The notes under the pieces are model-generated. The model saw nothing but the letters and a program-made list of their open reading frames with translations, made no database searches and had not been told where the DNA came from. Positions 49,181 to 60,707 of a stretch of 64,000 bases of DNA are shown in pieces. The stretch's first letter is position 1. Every line of letters starts with the position of its first letter. A program made the position numbers and the translations under genes. Source of the stretch: Botryllus schlosseri (Eukaryota); the NCBI GenBank assembly GCA_051294905.1, contig CM119386.1:4216001-4280000 (forward strand), in the 5' to 3' direction.

Positions 49181-50404
49181 GATACGAATCACGATTTTGT
49201 AAGGTTGAGCAAACGAATACGGCTAGCAATTTGAGGTCGCCTCATCAACAAATATCACAAATGTATTAACAGTGCTAGCTTGCAGATGGTTACCCCCATC
49301 ACTATGAAATTTTCACAACTGCTAGGTGTCGCTATGCTCTATACAAGAAAAAAATCGAAAATTGTAATTCTGCTTTGCACTGCACAATTTGGATTTGACA
49401 GTCTAAAAATGCACTGATGCGCCGAAAATCAAATCTCATAATTGTGATGCCCATGTCCTATCTAACACTTTTGTCAGAAAGTGCTAGGACAGTCTTTTGC
49501 TATGCTGAAATTTGAAGGAATATGTCCAACCCATCTTGGAGAAATTTCATTTTGAAATTTCAAAATCTCAAATTTCAGGCTATTTTTTCGAAAAGTTTGC
49601 TGTGGAGTTCTGGAATTCAGAGCAGGGTAGACAAAGGCCAAACGACTCTTAGCATAACATAGGCCTCGATGTTGGCTTTCTCAAAAAACACGAGTTAATA
49701 TTATACGACATATATTTCATACAAACTTTTGATTTATCATGAAGCTGTGTAACAAACTTTTACAACTGAGAAAAACGTTAGTAAACATTTTACTAAATAT
49801 AAAAGATATTTTTACTAGTAATAAAATAATTGAAAATTTGGATGTTTTATTAAAACTTTTGACTTGCTAGTCTCTTTAAGCGAAATATACTGTCGCGCTG
49901 ATTCTCGAATTACATAATTTATAACCTGATAAGGTCACTGCTCCCGAGCCGAACGAACTTTTTTGTAAATTTGCCTTAGGAATTTTCTATGCTCCATCTA
50001 AATCCCAAATTCTCTGGGGTGTACGCCACCCAGGCAATTGAACGAGCATTTACTGTAACTTCGACGACGATATGCATACATCTGTGTTATTATTAGAGCA
50101 TCTGAATAGAGTATTAGGCTTCGAGCCGAGTTGAATATTCGAGTATCAACCATTATGACGTCATACAGTAAGAAACAGCTGGAAATTTCAAATAGTTACC
50201 TTTAATGCTATCGAAAGTAATATAATGGCAGTTCTACGTCACAATAAAGGAGTACTGCGCTCTAAATATGATGTGATCTCAAATTAATAGTAAAATCGGG
50301 AAATAAGGCCTTAAGAAAGCCACCGTAATGGTACTGCAGCTAAATCATATTTTCGAAACACGCCGTTCCACTCCAGCTGCAAAAATAAATATCAATGCTT
50401 GCAG

Positions 50405-51055
50405 CAGCTGTCCCAGCAGGGTGCCAATAATCTACCCACGCACCCCTACACCCAACCTCGTTTCCCCCCACCTTAATCTTATTGACGAAGTAGTCTGCGA
50501 AGCACATGCTTTGAGCGATCGCCAAGTGTAGCGGGCGTGCTAGCGCTTCAGTCGCAGAATCAAATATAGGCAAGTAGATTATTTACCTATGTTATTTCTA
50601 TATTTGTTAATATATTGCAGTATGATTTGATCTTGGTAAGTCTACAAGTTTCTGACCACTACTACTACTACTATTTGGCTGTTGTGTGCTATTATAGACA
50701 GCTCCTTGGATCTGCGTGTGTGATCAGGAATGCAAGAGAACTAGAACGGTCATTAGTCAGTCGGCTAGTGCGTACAACAGAAACTATTGAATAGTATATT
50801 CATATTGAAATAGACCCGAATATTTTTGGCTGACACTCGTCAGGGGTAATCGTCAGCAACTAGTAGAGAATTGGAAAGAGCTGATGACATTTACCCCTCA
50901 CGAGTGTCGGCCGAAAATATTCGAGTTAATTTCAATATGAATATACTATTCTAATGTAAACTGAAGTTGAGTAACTCCAAGAAGCTCTACAACAGGAACT
51001 GTAGCATCGACTCCAATCGAGCATTATACCAGCGTGTCTTGCATCGACCGCTACA
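50405..51055 (+). repeat. Unclassified interspersed repeat, copy 2, interrupted by a Penelope pLTR
   Basis: Colinear with 15028-15499 apart from the 50786-50987 insert. Confidence 0.85.
50786..50987. mobile_element. Head-to-head Penelope pLTR pair with two mutated hammerheads
   Basis: Minus-strand HHR at 50814-50857 (G12A, perfect ACCC/GGGT stem I) and plus-strand HHR at 50883-50926 (G5C); 13-bp TSD TACAACAGAAACT / TACAACAGGAACT, where the empty site at about 15407 reads TACAACAGGAGCT. Confidence 0.82.
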
Positions 51056-51482
51056 TGCCGCGGCTGCGCGTCTTCACTAACCCGTTGCGAAATTTCTGAC
51101 ACGGTTTCTTCACTGTTGCACTTACTTGTAGTCCCATTTCTTCAAGTAGTTCGTGGAAACATACGTTGCGTCTTACACTTTATCTGGGCTCCTCATGGCG
51201 ATCCGCCTGTTAACACAGCGTCTTGAAAAGCCCAGAGGAAGAGTGAGCCGAGCTCCAAAGTCGGCAGTAGAGACCTGAAAGCGGAATGAAGTAAATCGAG
51301 AGTGAATGGAAGTGTGGAGTGCGCGAGCATAAAAAGTCGTCTTCAAGACCAAGAACACAGATACCGAACTTTACCAAATACATTGTCGTGGCGCACAAGG
51401 CATGAACAGGCGATAAGCGCCACTGTCGTTGTTGTGTAATAATAATAACTCACCTTGCTTCCACATGGTGCAACACCACATG

Positions 51483-52818
51483 CAGATGTGGTCAGTAACT
51501 AAGTACTTCTACTTTTTCGAAGTACTCAAGTAGGTTTGCCTCTACTTGCATAACTTTTTAATTAAGTAAATCTACTATACCGCTACTTCCAGAGAAAGAA
51601 AGAGAGAGAAAGACATGAAATATATTTTCCGCTTTTTTCCAAAATTGTATTATAATTTATTTTTATACGACGTATAATTGCTTTGAGTAGGCTACTTCAG
51701 ATTAATTTGAGCTCTTTTGTACGGAGCATGTCCAAGTTAAAAACTATAATTGCAGTCGTGCCTATTTTCCGGACGTTAAATAAATGTGATCTAATGTGAA
51801 TTATGATCTACCGTATCTTTTGTTAAAGTTCTAATCGCGCAGCGAGTTATGCAGCATCCGATACAACTTCTACATATCGCTTATCGTCGTCTTAAGTACG
51901 AGCCTTACAATAGGGGGAAGGGTACCACACCACATGACATTTTCTGAAGAGGGACACTGTGGTAAGAAAGTTTAAATAACCGCAATTCTATATCAAACAA
52001 TCATTTGTATCCCATGATACGGTCAAATTCCTCCTGGAATGTAGCAGCACGAAACATAGCCAGAGGTGGTCAGTAACGAAGTACTTCTACTTTTTCGAAG
52101 TACTCAAGTAGTTTTCCTCTACTTCTGGTACTTTCTCAAATAGATCTGATTTTCGCTACTTCTATTTCTACTTCATAATTGTTTATGATCTACTTACTTA
52201 CTTTTCTCTGTTTTCAGTTTGTAAAGTAAAGTAGTTTAATCCTTTAATCAGGAATGTAGCTTGAGGAATCTCGGGGCTGTTTTGACGGACTATCAACATT
52301 AAATGCAGCTAAATTCAATTATGGGTATTTGCGGAAGAATTTTTGTCGGGATACCGATAACAAAATCAAGACGTGTATGGCCACTAAATCGCGCGAAGCG
52401 CGAATAAATGTTTTAGGTTGCATTCATCTGCCCCAAAATACTGTTATATTTATTGATTTTACGAAAAGTTTCCAAACATTTGGGGGAGCAATCGCCATTT
52501 TCGCCCCTCTCTGACTACGCCAGTGCCCATGATGCGGAAGAATGCTTATGCTGTCGAAAATTGAATACCTCCTGGAATGCATCAATATGAATCAAGCTCT
52601 ACACCTTTCGCCTAGCTCAAATTGCACCTTTTGAATTACGATCGTTTTCACAACTACTTACTTACTTGAGTAGATTTAAAGTCGATCAATTCTACTTCTA
52701 CTTCAAGTAGTTTTAGGTTGCTTATGGAAGAAGTAGTTCTACTCGTACTTGAGTAGATTTTTCGTCGCTACTTCTACTTCTACTTGAGTAGCTTTCTTGA
52801 CTACTTTGACCACCTCTA
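51483..52818. mobile_element. TACTT-repeat hAT-like element with two left ends
   Basis: Left ends CAGATGTGGTCAGTAAC (51483) and CAGAGGTGGTCAGTAAC (52061); right end TGACCACCTCTA; AGTAG/CTACTT arrays; TSD ambiguous. Confidence 0.7.
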
Positions 52819-53198
52819 CCCATATCTCTCTCCGCAGAGTCGGTATATGTCAGTTTCCAGCATTTGACAGTCCACAATAGCTTATTTATGACTGCTTTTT
52901 ACAGCTACTTACTTACCTTAGAACTATGCAAAGCCATCCAATTCTACTTGAAGTAGTTTTAGGCTGCTTCTAAGAGCACTGCTTCTATATTAGTAGACTT
53001 TTGCGTGGCTACTTCTACGTCTACATGGTCACCTTAGGGGACATGAGTTTGAAACAATGTTTGTTGCAACCGAAGTGAGCTACGACTCACATACCAACTG
53101 TGGCACTAGCAAGTATAGATAATATAAACTATATACTATATATCTGTAAACCATACTATTCTATTTATGACTGATAGTACATCCTTCTGTGTTACAGG

Positions 53199-53327
53199 CA
53201 GGGCTGTGGGGTCGGTAAATTTTACCACCGACTCCAACTCTGACTCCAGACAGATTCAATGCTGACTCGAACTCCGACTCCGACTCCCGAGTCTTTAACC
53301 GCACCGACTCCGACTCCAACAGCACTG
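53199..53327. mobile_element. GACTCC-repeat MITE
   Basis: CAGGGCTGTGGGGTCGG / CCGACTCCAACAGCACTG with CCGACTCC arrays; related right end at 58888-59053. Confidence 0.75.
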
Positions 53328-53766
53328 CAAATTTACTTCGAAAGTTATATACCACAGTGATGGTTTAATGACTTACAATAACCATACAATAATAAGCAAA
53401 CATATTATTCACGATGGCATGCAAAATTGTTTCATTGTGGCACAGCTTGAAATACTCACTGTTCAATTAACATGGAAGTATATATTTCGAAATATATATA
53501 TATGCATAGGCACCAAGTTACGGGGTGGCGGGGTGGCGCAGCCACCCCATGACACATTTATGGGGTGACGGCCTCCCCATACAATTAGATTAAACACTCG
53601 CCGTCTGCGATTCTAATCATCAGCGCTGTCAATTAGCGAGTTCGTGATAGCTCGTAAATGCTATTTAGCATTAACCGATACGCGCGCGGATAATTGAATA
53701 TGCAATTTCGTCGGCGACGACGAACTAGTGTTTAAAACGCCCCAATAAGTTGTAATCCGTGATTAG

Positions 53767-54205
53767 TAGGGCAAGTTTTTGCAGCTTTTGCAACTTTTTT
53801 TTACAGCTTCCGGCAGCTTCCTAAATACTCGTAAGATATGTAGAATGCTGTTTTAGGCTGTTTAAAGGAATCTTATAGTGCAACTTTTTGCAACTCTTGT
53901 CCATTTTTTTCATGCAACTTTTTGCAACATGTTGCAACTTTCTCGATTTTTCATGAGAGTATTTTCGATTTTGGTGAAATACACAGCCAAATTCGACTGA
54001 AACACCGTAAATCAGCACCGAAGTAACGCTTTTACGGGTATTTCGGGGGCTGAGCCGGAATATTGACCTTTTTTTAGTCAATCTGGGAAGTTGACCTTTT
54101 TTTTGAGTCAACCGAGCAAAATGTGGTCAAAATGCAACTTGTGCAACTTTTTTCAAAAATAAATCCAACTTTCCTGGGATTTACCTGCAACAAAAACTTG
54201 CCCTA
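53767..54205 (-). mobile_element. TAGGGCAAG-family hAT MITE (inverted)
   Basis: Reverse complement of the 6317-6713 family; perfect TSD GTGATTAG. Confidence 0.92.
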
Positions 54206-56361
54206 GTGATTAGTAATCAAACAATCGAAGCAACCTCGTTTACGACGTCGATTTCGACACACTTGCGCTGAGAAACACCATCTTCTCTCTCGGCCAGACG
54301 AGCGAATTCACGTTCTCCTCTCTTAAATTGTATTTGCGCCCATATTCGTTTACAAAATAATTCTCGAGCTCCGTGATAGTCTCTTTAATTGGAAGCTTGG
54401 AGCGCGAAATAGGACAGTGTGTTTGTGTATGCCTACGAATTGAAAGTCATTCCTGCGCGAAGTGCACATATTCATTACTTTAACATAGCTTTGCCACGCC
54501 AACTTTTATCGGAAAATGCAACATTGCAGCTCAAACGTCGTTTTAATGAGCAAACAATTGTCGCGATGTCAGACTTGGAAGTTCCAAGTTGGAACCCCAT
54601 TGTGCTGTACACAAGTTGAGGAATAACTGATTAGATGCGCGCTTTCTCGTTTGCTATCATCTGTAGGCTACTAATTCTTGTTTGCTTCATACACTCGTAT
54701 TCCCTAGCTGTCACTTGTCAGTGTTTGATTTGTTATTCATACTGCGAATTGTGCAGTGCACGGCGTTGAATTACATTGTCAAATATTGATGCATCACGAA
54801 CTTCTCGGTGGCGCAAATTCTGAATTTTCTCGATTAGTTTGAACGGGAACCTTCTATATGTTCCAATAAACTTCATTCCTGGACGGACTCCATCGAGCGC
54901 AACCATATCGCGGATCGAATTTCAAACCTTTGGGATATGTATTTCTATTGATAAGGTGCGCCCATATTGCTCTTACTGCAATAACACGTGGATAATTAAA
55001 AGCGCACCATTTTACGATCGAATTCGACTGGCTGATCGGGCCTACGCAGGCCGTAAGTCCCGGGCTCATATTAACCAGCGCGTTGTCGGCATTAAAACCC
55101 CAGGTGCGTGGCCAGGGAGTTTCTCATTTATAACTAGAAATCCTGTCCTTTTGAAATGCTAATTTACTAATTCGTATTATCGATGCTGCGTACTGCGAAA
55201 TGGGTCATCGATATCTCATGTGCAGTGCAGTGGGCACTGTCGGAGGTGGTTTGATTTAGCGCGTCCGCATGTAGGCTTGCTATCGTCCGCAGGTATACTT
55301 TCGCCAAACAGTTATAATCTCTGAGTGTAATATTGTTTGTGTTTATGTATCTTTTTGATTAAAACTTATGCCCGCGTCTGAACAAATTGTGCTCGTTGCC
55401 ATTGCCGAAGCTGGGTATTTAGATATGGCTAGCACACCCTGTAATTGTAATTAATTGCAGGTTTGCGACATGTGTGAATTTCGTTATCAGCGCAACCTTA
55501 CCGGCCGATTGTACGCACAGTCCTATAAAATTGATCACTGCCATGTATTTCGCACAGCGTAGCCTACTGGGGCTGATTTCAGCAAACTAACGATCTTTAT
55601 TAGATGTACAAATTCGACCTCATCGTTAGAAACGTAGATTCGAAACACTATCGCGATTTGACGACGTTCACCTCTACAAATTAAGGTGCATTATTTGCAT
55701 TGATGAGGGCCGCAAGCTGCGTTTGAAGTATTTTGTGAACCATTTTTGTGATAAATATTCTCGGAGAGCAAAGGGGAACAGTGTTTAATTGTGTGTGCTT
55801 GCTTGTTGGAATTTATTTCAGTGCCCATAATATTAATCCAATTATGCTTTGCGAACGTAAATTGAGAAATCCAGCAATGCAGTCAAAATCGATGTTTTAA
55901 ATAGCAACCAATTGTTGCGATGCGAGCTACTCAATACTAAGTAAAATCCCATTGTGTTGGTGGTAAGGGATAATTACTGATTGGCCATGCGCGTTTGTAA
56001 TCATAATTCATGTGTCTCTCGTGTTGTAGAATTGTCGCGCCGTGTTACTGCTGAGTCCAGCGACGAATGCCGAGCGCGCGGCAATAAATTACATAATTTC
56101 GCAATCGTCCTGAAACGAATCTCGCTAATTGGTCGCGGCCCGCGTAACACTGATAATACGACTTGTTGAATTGCAACTGAATATCAGCGTCAGAATGGTC
56201 ATTTCAACAGGATGGGGTTTTGCGTTTCAAAAGGAGGGGGTCTCGACACCCCCGGGCTACGCGCCTGCCGCCACCCCATGCAAAAATAAAAGTCGTCGCC
56301 TATCCTTCCTTTTTTCATGTCTTATAAGTTTATATATCATAGACTCCAATATACTCTAATA

Positions 56362-57831
56362 CAGGGGTTCTCAACTTCCGTTGTGTAACGGGCCGCATTT
56401 CAACAGTTAATGACGCTGCGGGCCGCAGAATATTATTACCATGTATTTTTGGGCTACCATTAAATTTGGGCTTCTGTAGCCTATCTACCAATCGCATACG
56501 GGCATTTAGGACATTTTTATGAATTCTAAAGCATTGATGGACGGCGTTCGTAAGTTTGCAGTTGCTGTTTTTTTGTGAGAATAAGTATCTTCCAGCGGCG
56601 CAAGTAACTCCCTTGATGGAGCGTGCATCGCATTCATAGAGCGTGCAAGTCGTTATATGCACCTTCGAACTCTCCCACTAGAGAACCAAATTCTCTGTTT
56701 CAATGCGTGAGCGAGCAAGCATTAAATTACTGTCAGTTTTCTGTACTGAGGCAATTATCACTTTAAGCTCGCAAATATATGAGAAGTCTGGCGTTTGAGG
56801 TCATTTCTGAGCAAACCAATCAACCCTTCTCCTTTCATTCCATAGTTACAAAAGTCAGCTCTATCAAGTTGATGTTTTTCGCTGGTCCCTCCCCCCTTTT
56901 GCCCAGCCAGCATTTCGTCTGCAATATGCTTCCTCTGATAAATGTACCCAGATAATTAGCTCTGTAATGTATGTGGAGCCAGTGGATTAGTCCAATGCGA
57001 GGCTAGAGTAGTCTCCGCGGCAACGTGTTTCAGAACATGCGGTAAAGATCGACTGACATTGCTGTTACTCATCTGGTCACGGTTGAATCAGACAACTGTA
57101 GCGTCGAAATTTGTCAGGAGATGTTGTTCTTGGCGCTAAGCGCAGGAAACAGCGAATATTCCCGCAGTATTTTAAAGTTTAATTAAAATACATCTTCTCT
57201 GGCAGATTTCTTCGGTTTAGGGTTATTCCAATCAATTTTGAACGATGCGCCAGTAACGTCGTCGGCAATTTTAACAATGTCTCGAAATTTGAATTGCTTG
57301 GTTTGACACCTAGGTGGCAGCGTTCTTTCTAAGATCAGGTGATATGTGTAACTCCAGAAGAAACTGTCGTGGTATCATTGTAAGCTTCAAACCTTCTTTG
57401 CTACAAGTGTTCTTCGACAAATATGACACATTGGTTTCCGTTTATATCCGAGAAAGCAAATTCATTGTTGCGCGCTGAGTTACAAACCCAGTTTTCGACG
57501 TTTAATGTCCCGTTCCCTTTTCTTGTTTCTGTTCAAATCATTCGCGGTGAGTGAAACACTCTATAAAAGTGTACTACGAAGCGGGGTCCGCTTGAACCAG
57601 AGTCCAGCCGAATAGCGATTCAAAACAAAAACAATCTAAACTCGAGCGTATATCAAGAATCCAGAACACATCAAAGAATGAGTAATTAAATGAAACAGAG
57701 ACGGTGCGATAAGAGAGCCAAGTAGCTAAATTGATATGTAACAATACCGTCCCCCTAATAATTGCGTTCATGATGAAAAATGTCGCGGGCCGCAAAAAGA
57801 ACGTCTGCGGGCCGCGGGTTGAGAACCCCTG
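56362..57831 (-). mobile_element. SPIN/GTF2IRD2-like hAT deletion derivative
   Basis: TIRs CAGGGGTTCTCAAC / GTTGAGAACCCCTG; perfect TSD CTCTAATA; minus-strand remnants KPMCHICRRTLVAKK, LQLSDSTVTR and DYSSLALD*STG...LII match the N-terminal zinc finger, S-x-x-T-V-T-R and first catalytic S-L-A-L-D-E-S-T-D motifs. Confidence 0.9.
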
Positions 57832-58324
57832 CTCTAATATATCTGAATTATTCAAACATGATATATATCCCATCCTGTATAGTTAAAATGTGGACAAAAA
57901 CAATAAAAGTGTAGCTCTTGTGTATGAGTCAGCAACTATTACACACTATGCTGATGACAAGCACACACTCATTACTAATAAACGATGATCCGAAATGAAA
58001 TTTAGAGGGTATAGTTAAACAGCATATGTCTACGTACATTTAGTCAAGTATTCATGGAGTAGGACTATACGTGCACTCTTTATTAAAGATTAGTTCGACC
58101 CAAGCGGCTGAGCTGCTAATTACAAAACTATTTTTGATTTTGACAAGTGGTAAGCAGCGTTTGGTTATATTTGTATCAATTTTGCAATTGATGTTGTCAC
58201 TTACAAAACCATACGATTTATTTACTCTTTCATGGTATTATGGCATAATTCCAAAAATTGCACTAATTTGTGATTGCACCAGCAATTTTGCATTGGTCAA
58301 CTTGCAATGTTCTTTCTCTATTCA

Positions 58325-58743
58325 TAGGGTTACCACGTCCTCCTTTAGGAGGATTTGTCATCCTTATTCAGGCAATTGAAAATGTCCTCCGAGGACGTCT
58401 AAATTCCCACTTTTTTGGCAATGCGGCCTCCTTTTACAGCTAGGTTAATGGACAGGGTCAACTGAAAATTGGCATAAATTACGCGAAATAGGTAATGCGG
58501 ACGTTCGAGCGGGTCATTCGGCAATCGACTCTGAGCGATGATCTTTATTTTAGTCAGCGCCACAGGATTATCGAAGGAAGTGGGTAATTTGGGAGTGGAG
58601 TCAAATTGATGGTCTTTTTTCAGTCAACACAACACGATTTCCAATAAATATCATAAAATCAGCTGTTTTCAATTTCGGTAAACCATATTTTATGATTTGG
58701 TAAAAGTGCCCTCCTTTCGCGATTCTAAAATATGGTAACCCTA
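58325..58743. mobile_element. TAGGGTTACC-family hAT MITE
   Basis: TAGGGTTACCA / TGGTAACCCTA; TSD TCTATTCA / TCTATGCA; colinear with 25489-25770. Confidence 0.85.
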
Positions 58744-58887
58744 TCTATGCAGCTGAATTGCAATTTGCAAATATTGTCCGATGTCATCGATATCGTTACT
58801 AATAACAGTGATTATTGGTACATACAAATCCTATTTCATTTATTATGAGTAATTTTAAGAGATCTTTGAAAGCACTCGCTTCCATAT

Positions 58888-59053
58888 TAAAAAAGTTGGA
58901 GTCGGTGTCAGGAGCATTTTCACAAACTCCGATCCCGACTCCAGCAGGTATTTTTTCACGACCCCGACTCCGACTCCAAGGAGTGCTAAAGAATTTTTGA
59001 GACTCCAACTCCGTTAAGGAAAATATTAGCGAAACTCCCACTACACAGCCCTG
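58888..59053. mobile_element. Right-end fragment of GACTCC-repeat family
   Basis: CCGACTCC arrays ending CACAGCCCTG; no adjacent left TIR seen. Confidence 0.7.
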
Positions 59054-59338
59054 GTTACAGAAAAAAGATATATAGCTATTAATATCACCCTATTTGGCTG
59101 CACCCACAATAAGCACTGACCAACAGATAACGTAATTTGCTTTTCAATTCTTGTCCACGTGGTGGGGCGTGAAAGTGCCAGTGTTCTGAATACTATCAGT
59201 AACCGCTAACCACATGAAATGGAGATTTTGTATAGCTTCCGAACTATCAACAAATGGCCGGGACGCGTTCAACTTGGTCGTGTAGGCGCAAGTTATATCA
59301 GAAACCCCAGCCCAGCAGTGGTTTGCGATCATATATAG

Positions 59339-60302
59339 CAGTGTGGGGATAACTCGAGTCATGACTTGACTCGAGTCAGACTCGAGTCACCTTTTTCGCA
59401 TGACTTGACTTTACTCGAGTCACTTTGTGAAAATGACTTGACTTGACTCGGCGCATCAGAAATATGGATTGACTCGTGACTCGAAGCAAAATTCACCAGT
59501 CAATTTCAAGTCATCAAGCAATCGCTGTCGATAAAAATCACTGTATCTTGCAATCGAATTGTTCGCGACACGTTGGTGTAACCCGTGGGAACTACCAATT
59601 ATTCAATGATCGGGCGTTTTACTGAGCCTCCATTGTTCTCTCACAAATAAATTGAACGCTTACGAAGTGATCGAAGCTTACAGCTTACGCTGTCGTAAAC
59701 TAGTATTATATAGTAAAGTATTATAATAGAAAAATGTCTATTACTGTTCTCGGTTCCTGAACCAAACCTCTTGTTTTATTGAAATTAAATTCGAAGAGAG
59801 TTTATATAGTCCTCAACCATTGGCGCAGGCTCGAATTGTATCATATCCATTTGTAAATGGGTAATGTATTGCATCTTATCAATTCGTTTATCTATTCTCT
59901 ATTTTGGCTGGTAACTATGAACTGAGGCTATGCAATTATACTTGCGTAGTTTAGCATTTCTACGTATATGTAAGAGATACAGCGCCGTCTTACGTGTATA
60001 TTTAACTTCATATTCGTTCATCGGTTCAAAATCAATGACCAGTCAATCTGTGTTTCGGACAGCTAGCAAAATGCAATGGCGTAGGCATGCCTCATACTTC
60101 GAAAAGGCAACTTGACTTGAAATGTGACTTGACTCGTGACTTGACTTGACTTGACTTGACTCGAGTCACTTCCAAAAATCGAGTGACTTGACTTGACTCG
60201 AGTTACCTTCGAAAATCGATTGACTTGACTTGACTCGAGTCAAAATGTGCAATGACTCGAAATGACTCGTGACTCGAAGGTAGAGACTTGATCCGAACAC
60301 TG
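59339..60302 (-). mobile_element. GACTCGAGTC-family non-autonomous hAT element (complete, inverted)
   Basis: Ends CAGTGTGGGGAT / ATCCGAACACTG; perfect TSD ATATATAG; reverse complement of 62850-63753 along its length. Confidence 0.92.
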
Positions 60303-60707
60303 ATATATAGTCCCTAGTCCTATCATACCGCTGATTTTAACCACATATAGAAAATATAGCTATACATTGTACATGAATCTATTCTTACGAAAATCTTCAT
60401 ACTGCCAGAGCCCTCAGAAAATTTGTTCACTACCAAATATTACCATGATAATACCACGTTTCATATGTGTATAATCTATTCGATATGATGACCTATTGCA
60501 GTTGAATGGTGTACAGATGGAGTCGGTGATATCATATTTAAATCATCAAAATCAATTCAGTAAATACTATACATATATTTTACAATATCATATGCTTAAA
60601 CCACAGACTCTATCAACAAAATTTAAGGGAAGTATATATACAAGCATTTATTAGCATGGGAATCGTACAATAACACAAAATACTATGTAGGCCTATATTT
60701 AGTTCAA

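Noticed and set aside
54839-55162. 107-aa ORF and nearby donor-like sites as exons
   Set aside because: No recognisable product or consistent acceptor/donor phasing; it lies within a probable repeat interior.
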